A DNA stretch of 64,000 nt, taken from NCBI GenBank assembly GCA_050575255.1, contig JBNZDD010013608.1:834608-898607 (forward strand), written 5' to 3'. A model generated the notes under the pieces. That model saw nothing but the letters and a program-made list of their open reading frames with translations. It made no database searches and had not been told where the DNA came from. Source of the stretch: Harriotta raleighana (taxonomy: Eukaryota). The position numbers and the translations under genes were made by a program. Below are positions 27,601 through 41,600 of the stretch, one piece after another (position 1 is the stretch's first letter; every line of letters starts with the position of its first letter).

Positions 27601-28054
27601 GATGTAATTTTATAATACATGTTGTTTGAAACAGTTTGAATTGCATGATCATCATTTAATTTTTCTAGAGGAAGATCTTGTTATTCAAGCCATACAAGAC
27701 TGTACATGCTATGAAATCAAAAAGAATTCCATCAGCTTGCTATTTATGAAATCAGCTGTAAAGCAGAACCGTTGGACTGAGCCCAGCCTTTTCAGTGTGG
27801 TTTTAAAATTGGTGTTGAATGGAGATGGGGAAATGTCATAGTGAAAGTCGTTCATTTAAGTTTAACAATACATTTATAAGAAGTCAGATAAATTATGACT
27901 CTTGGATTTAATTCCTATTTAAAAGCTTGTGGTGTTAAAAAAAACCTTTAATGACATAGTGGAAATCCTCTTTCTCGTACCTCAGTGATAAAACTAGTTT
28001 TGTCGTTCCATTGATTTTTTATGTGTGTCTCCAATACCCTGTCTGAGGTTTATT

Positions 28055-28361
28055 GGAGTCCTATAGTTCAGAGGTTAGAGCACTTGTCTTACGAGCAAGA
28101 GACCTGGGTTAAATTCCAGGCCGGGCAAACCTTGGGCAAGTTTCCTTACTCCACATGCCTAATAATAATCCCTCAACAAAAAACAAAACAAATTAATTGT
28201 TTCAATCCATGACTGTTTGTGGGACATTGCTGTGTGCAATTGGCTGCCTCATTCCACCCATAAATATAGTAAATTCATTTTACAGTATATTCTGTGAAGC
28301 GCTTTGAGACATCTAGAAGCCGTGAAAAGCACCATTTCAAAATGCAAGGATTATTATTATT
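28055..28361 (+). mobile_element. tRNA-derived SINE (subtype A)
   Basis: Full head-to-tail match to the 9121 and 19318 copies. Confidence 0.9.
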
Positions 28362-29350
28362 GTAAAGTATACACATTGCGCATTTATTCAGCAGATCATA
28401 ATAGAACTATAAGAGATGTACTAGTATGCAATAAGGCTACTATCCTCTCATCAAACTCACACTTGGTTTTCTCTTTAGCAAATAACCCATGTGAATCAGT
28501 CTTCTAAAAGTAAAAAAAAAGTCCCAAGTTTAAATAACTGCAGGATACAACATACCCATCAATTCTGTCTTTCAACAGTTGTTGGTATTGGAGAGCTATC
28601 TGCTACTATTTGAGCTTTGATGTGATTTTCTGAAAGTTCTAAATGACTAAAAAAAAGAGTGACGCAGTTCCCACAACCTACAATCAAATGTTAATAATAG
28701 ATTCTTATTCCATTTATAATGTGCCAGAAATGAAATGTAGAAGAAACATTAAAGCACTTATCTGTTCAAATCAGCACGATATATCAATTGTCTGGTGCAG
28801 TGTCGTCCATTATTACTTAATCTGCGTGAATTATTCACAAGTATAGTTTGTATATTTATGGAAATGATTGAATACACCAGTTATTCACAGCAGTTGATCT
28901 TTTTCCATCAGTAGAAATAAAAGATGAGTTGGTATTTCCACTCAAATCTTTAACAGAGGACAATCTGCATTAACCTATCGTGCTGGGCTGGAGATAAACC
29001 CAAATCAGAGATATTTTAACAAACTTACTGGAACACTGCTACTTGTTGACACAATATTTGTATTATGAGACAGAATCATAGAATCTTATGGCTCAAAAGG
29101 AGGCCATTCGGCCCACNACTCACTTCAAGGCTGAATGTAACTCAGCTGCCCGTGTTTCCCACAACATACAGTCACACTTTGCAGAATAACCTTGCATTTC
29201 ATATATATCAGTATATCCTGTGAAACGCCTTGAGACATCTTCCTGATATGAAAAATTCTATAACAATTGTAAGGATTATTATTACTGTATATCTTATGTA
29301 GAAATGTAGTTGCTAAGACAAATTTTCAAAGACATATCAGACATTAATTC

Positions 29351-29701
29351 TAATAATAATCCTTGCATTTGAAAAAGCACCTTATCACCTCATCAAGTTA
29401 TCTCAAAGTGCTTCACAGAATATACTGATAAGTTAATTATATATTTTGTAGGCCAAACATAGCAGCCATTTGCACACAGCTGTGTCACACAACCAGGTGT
29501 GGATTGAGTGAACAATTTTTTTTAAGGGATTATTATTCCGGAAAAGAGATTCCCCAATTGATCAACAACCGGGTTCCTACTTACCACAGTAGTAGGAAAA
29601 ACAGATACGTGTAGAGTANGGACACTTTGTGCTGCCAGGGAATCGAACCCAGGTCTTCTTGCTTGTGGGATGAATTTTTAATTACTAAACTACAGGACTC
29701 C
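29351..29701 (-). mobile_element. tRNA-derived SINE (subtype B)
   Basis: Tail taataatccttgcatttg, B box ggaatcgaaccc, head caggactcc. Confidence 0.85.
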
Positions 29702-31146
29702 ATAAATGTTAGTTATAATAATCGTAAAATACAGTATTATGATTACTATAACTGTACATGATATTTAAAAATTTGGCTCAGCTAAGATACAGGTTCACAA
29801 AGTCCAGTAAACTGGGCACTTAAGACCATCTTGATCAGTGGATGGCATTGTAAGGGTTGATTTCAATTTGTGACCCGGTGGTGAAATGAAGACAGACACA
29901 AACGTTGAACAAAAAAAGTTTATTAATTCAACATTAATAATAGTTACAAATAATTCAAAGAATAGATCACAATGATGCACTTGTATCGACTCATAGTTCA
30001 CAACAATTTACATGGACTAAAATTTTACCAAATGCTGAAGGAGAGATAGAGCAGTAATGTCCAATTTAATATCCATTTTAAACCAAAGTCTATCAAAAGG
30101 TATCCAAAAGATACCAGCACCTTGGAATGTCTTCCTGACGTGAAAGACATTCTATCAGTGTAATTTTATTGTTATTGTATGGTTGAACAATTTCCAGTTC
30201 GATATCCAAACGTGTTGAGGTATTGTTTGTTCCGTTATCCGAAAGTATCCAGGTATCATTGCCATGTCCAAATTCTATTCTGCGACATCCAATTCAATCC
30301 CTCCTTCGGTGGTTTCTTCTAGGTACAGTATCAATTCTTTCTTCTCAGTATCAATTCTTCTTTCTGATTCTCTGTCGAATCGACCTCTGTTTATACAGTT
30401 CAGCCGGTGAACTATTTCACCTATTGTGTTTTGCAAGATGCTTCCTTTATAAAAACAAATGCAACATAGTTCTTTCTCCAGTTGCAGACCATTTTTCCAT
30501 AAAAAGCTACTGATAAGGACTGAAAACTGTTTGCTGTTTTGTTTCTTTGTTTTTTCTGCAAAGCCAGTCACAACCAGCTCCCATCATATGATATTGATCA
30601 AAGGTCTCAAATATATATTGCGAATATAATTTGAGATATTATTTAATGCATTAATTACATAATCTTACAGCATTATTCAATGTGATTCTATATGGGAGAG
30701 TTAGTTGCTGGAACTGAAACTATAATAATCCTCTCATTTGATATAGCGCCTTATCAAGTCTTTGAAAGGTCTCAAACCTGCTGCAGATTCACAGAAAATA
30801 CTGTAAATCTGCAACAGATTTGTACTTTTCCAATATCTAGATCTGAATTGAGGGTGAAGTTTTACATCAATATCTTTCCAGTTTGTCGTTAGATGAGATT
30901 CTACAGATTTTTTTGTGTAACATTTGGTATTGATCAAACATTGATTAAGGATGAATTAGTTAACAACGATTAATCATTTAGTGTGGGTATCAAGCTCGCA
31001 AATCAGGAAGCCTGAAACCTAGAAGGGAACCTATCAAGTGCCAAAACATACGACTCAGAATGCAATACAACAACAACTTGTATTTCGGAGCACTTAACTC
31101 TGGCGGAGTGAGTTAACAATAAAACTGCCCTGATACACTGTGGTGT

Positions 31147-31350
31147 TAGTCTGGCTCATTTGTAACACTCTCACCTCTGAATCAGAAGGCCGTGGGTTCA
31201 AGCTCCATGTCAGGACTTAGAATTCACTTCTGTGCAAGGATTGGGGAATGCTGCATTGTTGCAGGTGCTGTCCTTTGGATGAGATGTTAAACCAAGATCA
31301 TACCTGTCTGTTTAGGTGGACTTTAAAAAGAAAGGGAGTTTTTTCTGATG
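31147..31350 (+). mobile_element. Deu-domain SINE (SacSINE1/AmnSINE1-related), partial
   Basis: ggtgctgtcctttggatgagatgttaaacc...aggtggactttaaa. Confidence 0.7.
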
Positions 31351-32366
31351 CTCGAGTAGTAATTGCAAAACATATGTTTTCAATGTCTCTTCAGATGAAC
31401 TAAATGTGTCTAGGAATACAAAAATTACCATTGTGACCCATTAAGCATGCATTAATTAATATTGTACTACTATAAAATCCTGCCTTATTAAATACACAAA
31501 CAGGGTAAAAAGGGCTGCATTTCTAAAAGGATTGTACAGTTTGAGGGATTTATCTGGTATTTACCTCTGCTATAGGGTAAATTCCAACTTGGTCTCAACT
31601 TACTCTATTAACTTTTCAGAGTGTCCCAAATTTGACAAAATGTTGATTTCAGTCTTAACGTTGATGCTAGTTTTCTTACAGAATGAATTTATTTTTAAAA
31701 AACCTTCAACATTAAGGTTGTAATTAAGAATTTGCCAAAATTCTGGACTCCCTAAAATGCTGCATAAATAGAGTAAATCCAGACCCAGGTAGAATTTTAC
31801 CCTGATGATGTGGTGTGACAAAAATACCTTCAAGACATGATAGTAATGTTGAAAGTAGCGGCACTTTAGGTGAGCATTAGTTCAAATACCAGTTCTCAGA
31901 TTTGCCAGTTCGATTTGAATGCAGTAGGTGTGAATTTCTTTTGCCATGGGCACAAAACTCAGGTCCAAAGCATTGCGGAATAATTGGACCTGTGCAGTAA
32001 AGCTCCTTTGTAGAGCTGATTTTAAATTTGGATTATTCCTCTGACCAATTATAGGGGTCAATCATCGAATTACCGAGTCTAGATTGGTAAGATGGGGTGT
32101 GGGATATATCACCTATAGGTATTTGATAGACTTCAATGTCATTATTACCTGGTTAAAACTATAGCCAATAATAATACAATTGGTGTATTTGATATAGTGC
32201 CTTATCAGGTCATTGAGACACTTCAAAGATCTTCACAGGATTTTACTGTGAAGTATAGTGACTGTATTTGTAGGAAGTTCAACAAACCTTTATCGTTTTG
32301 ATTTATAGATCAAATAGGTTTTAATTTTTGCTTTATCCTGCACTGAGCTATGAACTTGTTTTTTAG

Positions 32367-32399
32367 GGTCAAAGAAGAACAAAAACCTCAACAGCAACA
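32367..32399 (+). CDS. RIMS2: RIMS2 33-nt cassette exon (splice site A), phase 2-2, VKEEQKPQQQ(Q)
   Basis: ttgttttttag|GGTCAAAGAAGAACAAAAACCTCAACAGCAACA|gtaagt. Resembles human RIM2-alpha VKEEHKPQLTQ and is in frame with the next exon. Confidence 0.9.
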
Positions 32400-32809
32400 G
32401 TAAGTAGTAATCTCCGAATGTAGTGAGCTTGAAAACTTTTACCTTGCAGTGTTTTGCCCTTGTGCTTTCTGCACCTTCTCGGTATTAGCTTTTCCTGATA
32501 CCAGGTTGGTTGCAATTGTAGTGCATCATCTTGCTTCCTAATTGGCTGTAAGAGAGCTGCCTCCAGCTTCTTACATCATCCACATCCAGACTGGTTGTAG
32601 CTTTCCTTTGCTCCCTGCATTTGGATTAGTTAAATGTAAGCTGATATAATATTAGCCAACATCCTTACTGGCTGGATCTGATTGCAACCCTCATTCGCAT
32701 TGGCTGTAGCTTTTATTCCTTGCCTGTGTGTTAGGTGCAAAGACACTGAATCCCAAATTTAATTGATTTTGTCGCATTGTTCAGTCACATTATTTGCTTA
32801 TTTAAACAG

Positions 32810-32896
32810 GTGGCTTCCCTTTAGTGGGATCACTGAACTGGTAAATAACGTTCTTCAGCCACAACAAAAACAACAAAATGAGAAGGAATCCCAGGC
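32810..32896 (+). CDS. RIMS2: RIMS2 87-nt cassette exon (splice site A), phase 2-2, WLPFSGITELVNNVLQPQQKQQNEKESQ(A)
   Basis: tttaaacag|G TGG CTT...CAG GC|gtaagt. Near-identical to human WFPFSGITELVNNVLQPQQKQQNEKEPQT. Confidence 0.95.
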
Positions 32897-34369
32897 GTAA
32901 GTAAGCTGCTGTATATAGTTTGAATGTGGTGCTTTAACATTTCTGTCCAACTGGGGCAGGATGTGACATTGCAAGTTCACAACTGGTCACATAATAGAAT
33001 ATAGCTATTGTATCTTGTTTGTACTTTATGTAAAATAACTACTTTCTCTGAATATAATTTTACCTTTCACTATTGTTGATTGGTTACTTAGAATTAACCC
33101 ATAACAAAAATAAGGAAACACAGTAGGTCGATGTCCTATTCCTGTACCTTGGAACATACAGTAGTATCCCTCTGGTTCATGGGTTGATCGTTGTTCATTC
33201 AAGAAGCCAAATCCCTTTGCACAGTGTGGATCCAATATGCCACTTTCGAAACTCGATTTGTTGGATTTGAGATTTTTGTTTTGTGAATAATGTTTTGTGA
33301 ATTTTGTAAATCCCAAATCCCCAAATCACTGAGTTTCAGACAAGGACCTGCGAGCAAAACTCTGGTCTTTCTCTAAAAATGAGCAACATGGGATTCACGT
33401 TTTTTCAGTTGTAAAATTCGTAAACCAGGGGTATCGATTAATGCAATTAATCCAGTTTGTGATTATCCCAAAATTAGACCTCATTATCAATCTTGTCTAT
33501 GTAAACCCCTCAATCTTCATGACCCAAATTTCTCACTTTTCATCAATTACTTTCTTTCACTTTTTATTCTCACTGATTATTTTGGATACTCAATAGGGTT
33601 AGTGAAGGAAATTTTAATCAATAATGATGATCACAGCAAAATATGCTGGTGGTTAGGATATTCAGGCAGCCTACTTCAAAACATTTCTCAATGTGCCCAT
33701 CAAAGTTTGGCCTGCATTTTATTGCACATCCCGACATACCATAGTTACTGTCAGTGTAACTTTGCGTGTAAATAGATAAGTTCAAAATTCACTTGTTTTA
33801 ACTTCACACCACTCCAGTGGACAGTTTTTAAAATATATATCTTTGTGCATCAATCCCCAGTTTCTCCCAAAAATGGAACATAGCCAGCAAATAAAATTTA
33901 CAGTGAGAATTATAATAGCTGCCCTAGAATTGTACACAAGATATAATCTCATTGATGGATTCAGATATAATTATAAACCATTTATTCAAGCGTTGATCCT
34001 CCAGCCTAATGCATCATCCAAATTCTTTTGATTAGATCACTTTTATGTAATCTCAACAGTGCATCTGATATTTTTGGTTTAATAATTAATTAATTGAACT
34101 GTTAATTATCTTATGAAGCTAAGTGATTTTCTCATCTCCAAAACAGTCTAGTACTCCAAGTTTGCCCGCTTATTTACATTTTTCACAAATGTAATTTATA
34201 TACAAAATTGTACTGTAGTTCTTTAAATCAGTTACTGAGCCATGCAGACCAAAAAGGGCTGTGGATCGCTGCCTGTCTGTGGTGAGGGAGAGGCCCCAGA
34301 CTGAGGTATCATTGAGGTAGCAAGTTTCTCCTCAGTACTGGTGATTGGGGAAAGGAAATGCAGAGACAT

Positions 34370-34690
34370 CCCAGAGGGGCCCTTATAGAGGTAAAGTATA
34401 TACAGTTTTAAATGGGATTGAAACGTAAACCCAGGATACGGTTGAATGCACTGAGGCAGCAGAATGGGATAGCAAAGAGGAATTTCAGGACAGACACAAG
34501 GAAACTTATTTTACCCACCAGAGGTTAACTCACAACTGGAATAGATGACCAGAAAGTGTGTTTAAGGTACAACATTAGACTCATTTAAAAAAAAACTGAT
34601 ACTTTGATGGGAAGTAGTGTAGGTATTCTGGAAGGTTGAGATCAAATGGACAAAAGGATTTATTTCCTCTAAGCCTCTCTTGAAATCTTG
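34370..34690 (+). mobile_element. Degenerate CR1 3' fragment within an AmnSINE2-like remnant (~34230-34790)
   Basis: cttatagaggta...aatttcaggacagacacaaggaaacttatttta...tggaatag; flanks actgagccatgcagacc and cactcactgtc...cacttgg. Confidence 0.5.
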
Positions 34691-35149
34691 TGACAGTCAA
34701 TATTCAGCACTCACTGTCATGGATTACATATGTCCAATGTCACTTGGTAAGGCAACAGGAGTACCACTCCTGTTTGGAAGGAAATAGGATTCAAATTCCT
34801 TTCACTGAAATGGAGAATTTTCCGCAAAATTTGTAAAGTGATCTTCATTTATGCGGGCAAATATTTCTGCACTTTTCTCATAGCCCAGGTTATCACCAAG
34901 GGTAAGAATATCAGGTCTTGTCACAACATTCTTTTTAATTAATTATTTCTGTAAAAACTGATCGAGAAATAATTCTCCAGAACTCAGAATGGGTCCCCCC
35001 CACCCCCAAAACCCCATACACATTTTTCTTACAGAATAAAAAGAACCACATGGTCTGTGCTGATTATTACAACACAAATCATATACATCCTCCCTAATAA
35101 TGTTTATTATCAAGCATGTAATGAAAATTCGAGGAATTTACAGGGTCAC

Positions 35150-35612
35150 CTTAAAAACTCTCCGTGGCCTTGTCCTACCCTACCTCCCCGCAACCTCCTA
35201 AGCCTCTGCAATCTCCTTATTCCCCTTTTAAAATGTCTTTGTGTATTAATCCCCAGTTTCTTTCAAAAATGGAACAACCTCCTAACCCCTATCTGCTCTG
35301 TCTACTCAGCGGGCTTCGGCCTGCTCTATGTCCCCCCAAACCACCCACCCCAGCTTTGGTGGGCAAGCCTTTAGCCACTCTGCTCCCAACCGCTGAAATT
35401 CCACCCCACAATCTCTCTGTCTCTCCTCCTCCCTTAGCCTCCTTCAAGTCCTGCCTCAAAACCTTCCCCATTGATGGTGCCCCGCTTCCCCTTCCCTCCA
35501 CCCCTCCCCGATCTTGACCCCAGCTCTGGTCTGAAGCACTGACTGTCCAGCGCCTTGGGACATCCTCCTGACATGAAAGACACCATACAACTGTAATTTT
35601 GTTGTTGTTGTT
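35150..35612 (+). mobile_element. L2 3' fragment with tail
   Basis: SFKSCLKT motif; cagcgccttgggacatcctcctgac...(gtt)n. Confidence 0.8.
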
Positions 35613-38600
35613 TTCCATAACATTGGCATTTTTATTTTGAGGGGTTGGGTAATATCCCGCCTAGCCATATGCCCTTTTGGGATCTTTTAGCCTGGTATAG
35701 AGCAACTCAATTTTAAAATGCCTGCAAATCAATCAATCAAAATTACATTTATATAACGCCTTTCACGTCGGGAGGACGTCCCAAGACGCTGCACAATCAT
35801 ATACGGATCAGAGTAGGGTGGGGGGGAGGGGTCGTATATAGTTGGTCTATCCAGGAAATTATTAAGGGAATGGTTTGTAGGCGCTAATCTGAATAGCAAT
35901 CCTCTGGTTGATCTCTCAAGATTCCGGGTTACCTAACAACTTTTTTTTTTACATTCCGTATAAATAATTGATAAGTGATCTATTTCACAACTTGGCCAGT
36001 GTTCAACACACTCGCACCTCATAACATGTGGAGACTTGGGAATTACATCGCAAAACAAGATGTGTTGGCACAAAAAACCCATACTAGTGTTGATACGTTA
36101 CTCAGATATCAATTGTCCGCCCACTTCTCATATCCTTTGATATTTAAGTTCAAATGTTTATTATTTTCCATCTTGTATAATCTGCAAAATGCAATTGTTT
36201 GCTGAATTCCCATGTGTTTTGATTCAGTGTTGCCCAAAATTGCAGTTCATATCTCCACAACTTGGTGCCAACTTCATCCAATTTCACTGCTTTTGTGTGT
36301 TGTCTTGGGGTGCCCTCCTCATTGTTTGGTAGTTGGGAAATTTTATATTCCGCGCCTGTTGAGAAGTCTCAATGTAAGCATGGAATGAAGGGTTCATGAA
36401 GGTTAGTGACCAGCGAATGTTAGACCGGGGTGTATCTTGCTGTCTCTTACTTGTAATCAGTCTGATAAATGATTCCAACTATTTTCATGCCTTAATTTGG
36501 CCTTAAAATGTAAAATATTCTAAATTTGAAAAATCTAATTATATTAACCATGAAAGCATGGAAATGCAATCCATTCATCCAGTAATCTAGTATTCTCTTA
36601 TCATGTCATTTGGTGTAAAAAAGATTTTTTCCTGATCTTTTAAATTTTGAATGTTACCATCGTGTTGGCAGGTAACAAGAAAGGGTATTATGGACATTAC
36701 CAGTGAACAGGTGAATAGTTAAATTGGTTAATAAGTGTGAAAAATGTTTAAGATCCTTGCAATGCATTGAATAGATTCGATTAAGATCAAAATGAGTCTC
36801 TGTTTTCATCAAATTGCAAATAGTTTCTTTCCCTCCTCTCTGCCAAACAAATGTTCTCTTTATGAACGCTACGCACACAAATTCCTCGAGTCTTTGAGTT
36901 TATTTACAAAACTGGGCTGACCTTGTGAATACTTCTGAAGAGGTGGAAGTTTGGTGGATATTGTGATTATTAGGCATGTGCGTTTCTGTATCTGGAATTA
37001 TTCCAAATGTTTCACACGCCCTCAATTACCTATAGGTTGTTACATAATTTGCTCCATTTTGGTGTATCACTTTGCATCTAAGAACCATGCTCAATGTTTG
37101 TACATACATTTGTGAATAATTTGTTCTGATATTGAAAATGTGTAAGGTATACAACTTTGACATGCATAGGTTTATACTTTGTATCATTTGTGATGACAAT
37201 TATTCACTGTGAGCTTATGTCCGTATTAATATTATTTTGCATTGTTGGATACATGAGATATCCAACAATGGAAAATTGCATTAGCTATGCCCAGGCTGAA
37301 TTGGAGCCCAAGATATCTGAGCCTTACAGGCATTTTGTATATCTTGGGAGAAACATTCATTGAGGATAAGTGGAGTGTTGAAACAAAATGTTGTTTACAC
37401 AAGTTGAATGAGTCGCCTTAAGCCTACCTACACTGTAGTATCCTTTAGGAATCCACCTAAATACATGAGTGATTACATGAATTGAAGTAAAATTAGAATA
37501 CAGTATTTGGAAATGTTTATATTTGATCTCCTTGGTACCTTTAAAGAACAAATCCCTGTATAGGGGACAAAATGCATCTGTCGTTTATACATTATATTCT
37601 GTGGTGTCAATGTTTCATGCCTCTAAAGATGGTAGGTGTCTGCTGGGAGAGATCGCAGCAGAAAAGGTAGGTGTATTTTCTTTTTTAGATGTATTCTTCA
37701 ATTGCTGTTGGTATTTTCTTTCTTTTTTTTCATGATTGTTTCTTTTGGCAATGTGTTGTGTTTGATTTCTTATAATCTGATGCATGCCTGAGTGTTTGGA
37801 GGTTTATGTGCTAGATACTGTATGTATTCAATGGTGGAATATTGGGAGTAAATGCGTGCATCTTTTTAGTGATTTAGTGGGGGCTGTGCTTGTACAACAG
37901 CACGATAAGAAGAATAGGAACAAGAGTCTGGATGTTGGGAATGGGGTGTTTTTTTGTTTTCTACCAGCCTAATGGGCAGATTGTGTAGTCCAGTCATTGA
38001 GAAGAATTAATCCTGTACCTGGTGGTATATATCCTAATCTCAGGTATGGTTTGCATAATATCTTCTTTATTTGAACTTCAATCCCAATATTAGTCTCAGA
38101 TTGAATTTTGTATATCTGAAAGTACACCTCTGTAACTACCTTGTTCTATAAACCACGTGAACTCCAGTGTATTGGGTGTATATGTGTGCATGCTGTTTCT
38201 GATTGGGATTGTGAATTGTTCAAGTACCATATCGCTAGTACCTGAGTTGTAGTGTATTTACTCAATGGGTAAGTATTTTTTTTGTTTTGCTCCTTGTTGT
38301 GAAATATACAGCAATTGAGGACCTACCTGCCTTGCATTTATGAAGGAAAAATTAACCATTCAGTATAGAGATTGCACTGTGTGGTTCGAGGATCAGAATG
38401 TGGGTGATGAATTCATTTAATTATTTTTCAAAGTATAGTCAAATGATATTTTCACCAAGTTGATTTCAACATTTCATTTTCGGTCTTGTTTTACGTTTCT
38501 CTTTTCCAAAAATATGAATAAAGCAGAGGAACAGAAGCGTTCAGATCACAGGTCATGGGCTACGGCTAATGGGGGTGATATGTTCCTATAAAAACTATCA

Positions 38601-41600
38601 TTCTGATGGCACAGTAATACATGACACCCATAGTCCTGAGTTACCTTGTGTTAATTATCCAGCACCTTGTGACGTTCTCCTGATGTGAATGGCGCTATAC
38701 AAGTGTAATTTTGTTGTTGTTATTACTTTATATTCAAATACAACGCAGAGTAGGGACAGTTTTTTCACTGTTTGTAAACAAAATATTATCCTGGGTAAGA
38801 GAAGTGATGAGAAGTATTATGAAAGTGAAGTTTCATTAATTTAGTTTGTTGTCAATGCATTTTCTCCAGCAAATTTTCCAACATTGTACTCGCCTCACTG
38901 TCTGCATACTGCTGTAAGCATGTGTTGCGGATCCACGTATATTTTGTACTTGAAGGAGATACACATGGCTCTGTTGCATGGACAGATCTATAGTACAGTG
39001 AGGGGAGAACACCTGCAACTTTGTTCTGAATTTCAGACAATGAAGGTTGAGATGGTTGAGATGAAGGTTAAATTTTTATTCTTTATTAGTTCCTTTAATG
39101 GACTTTTAAATCGTAAAACAATTTGAATAGTTTTTCTGGTGTATGCATGAGACACGATGTCGTGATTTACCAAGTAATATTCCACTTGCTGCAATAATGT
39201 CATATTGTAATTTGCTCACCAATGGGATCTACGGTGCATTGTAATTCTATTATATGTTAAAGAAAAAAAGTGCTACAGTGAGTGTGAGATTTATCTGAAT
39301 CTGATGATTGCAAACAATTCGTGCTGCTGGTAAATTACCATTTACTGAATTGTGCACGAGATAAACTATAGCTTCTATATTTTTAATTACAGTTGATTTT
39401 AATTTTAATAAAACTCACTTGATAGGGTGAAATTTGCAGCCTTTTGATAAATTCCTTATAATTGTTATTTATAAGCAATATGATATGAAACCTTAATGGT
39501 TTATGTAACAAATCAGTTATTTGGAAGACCTATTTTAGTTGCAAACCAGTCTACATGTGAGCAACAATATTATTGCATAATAGTGCTCAAAATATAAATT
39601 CTCAATGTTCAGCAGAGTATGTAAAAATATTGTGGGCAATGTGCTTTGATTATTAGGTATTATATTTCAAACACCTAGCCTTCTGCATAAAATTGCAAAG
39701 CCAGATCTGCTACAAACAGTTTTGACTGTATATACACAACTTCTATATTCAATAATTATCTTCATTCTTAGTATCAACAAAACAACTTCCAGAAGCAAAC
39801 AAGACCACATTACTGCATATAGCATGTCCCTACCACACAGGTTATTCATATTGTAACCTGAACCTGTAGCTCAAAGCTCAACAACTGATGTAAATGCTCA
39901 TTTGAGACATCTCAATGATGTGATAAGGTGGTATTTCAAATGCTAAGATTGCTTGTTAATATGAATTGTGATGAATGCATTGTTTGGATAGAAAATGTGA
40001 AACAGACTGGGTTGTTTGTGCAAAATAATCCACCGAGTTACGTGTGTTCTGTACATACAATACTGGCCACAGATGTCACCATAACTCGAGTACTATTCTC
40101 ACTACTTTGTGGTTTATTTTGTAGAATGTACTCTGTTGGTTGTCACTGCACAGCTGAATGAAACAGTTTTTGTTTAAAAAGTCTCCCATCTTTTTTAAAG
40201 CATAATGTTGGGGAAAGAATAAATAAATTCTAATTAAACTTTTTGAAGTAAATGTTGTTCTGGAAAAATGTGCCTGTGAAAATTTACAGATAATGATAGA
40301 TAAAAAAAAACATGTTAGTTAAGATTGTGCTACAGGTACAAGAACAACAACAAAATTACACTTGTAAAGCGCCTTTTACGTCGGGAGGACATCCCAAAGG
40401 TACAGGTTGATGTGCTGTTGTTAAAAATTTACTGATTTTTGTTGGCAATAATGGTTAAGAATTCAAAGATTGGGGCATCTCATCAAATGCAGATAAGGCA
40501 ATGACATTTCCAAATGTAAGAGGTTTAATTTACTAGAAGAACAATTATATTAATAAAACAAACTGCTAATAACTGGAAATGTGGTAACTCTTCCATTAGC
40601 AGTAAATCAACTTGGTCATAATACTGTCGCCTCTAGTCAAAAGATTGTGGTCTGAAGTCCTACATGGGGATTTAAGCTCTTGCCTAAAATGATTCTCTAG
40701 CAAAGTACAGCTGCGTTGTCGAGGTTCCAATCCTTCATCTAAGGCAATCAAACAAGGTTTGGTTTCTTTATTCAGGTGCACTAAAAGATGAGGGAGGTTT
40801 TCCTAGTGGAACTTGAAGGATGTTTACAAATTGTTGCTGTGTATACCTACCCCAAACAGTCACTGTAATTTATAATAATTATCCTTGCATTTTGCAATTA
40901 ATTGAGAGTAATTATTTGAAACCTTTATAGGCACAACATCAAATGAAGGAATATAATTATCATAATGCAATTTCTAAATTGGACTGTTCTGGTTCAACAT
41001 ATAAATCCTACAAAATGTTTCAAATATTCAATGTCATTATTCGACTTTTAAAAGCAAATGCGGATCAATTTAGTTTTTTTTTGTCATTGAAAGCTTAACT
41101 GCTTTTTTATTACGTATGTTTGCTTTTGCAGAATGATACAAAGTTTATAGCACAGAGGCCAACCATTTGGCCCACTGTCTCTGTCCTAGCTCCCCTCACT
41201 GGTGTTATCTACTTTAATCCCATAATTCTACAAGTTTCCCTAATTTACCCTATTATGCATATTTAGTGTTCCATTCTGCTCCTATTTACTGTGCTGTGTG
41301 TGGTTTGAGGTGTCCATTAAGGAAGGAGCTTTGTTGCTTTGTTAAATGGTGCATTAGCTGCCACCAGCAAAATATCTAATCATTCTCTTTTAAACACAAT
41401 GTGGATTTTTTTGTCAACAAGAACGCATTTAGTATTTACTGAGACATCTCTTATTGCTGACCCAGCATTCTCCCAATGGAATTTGTCTTGCTATATTTTT
41501 CCTGATGAGGAAATTGTTTCACCGTGTTTGCTCTGCTGTGTGAAGTCACTTCCTTCCTGATATCAATGGCAAAAGTCCAAAGTGCTGACACAAATGTGTG

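Noticed and set aside
33026-33345. Minus-strand 96-aa ORF with a nearby acceptor
   Set aside because: The acceptor is not in an open frame with the ORF, there is no recognisable homology, and the length is within chance expectation.
39037-39066. 30-nt exon-like segment tttcag|ACAATGAAG...GAAG|gttaaa
   Set aside because: Weak donor, a stop in the RIMS2 phase, and it is an internal short tandem repeat.
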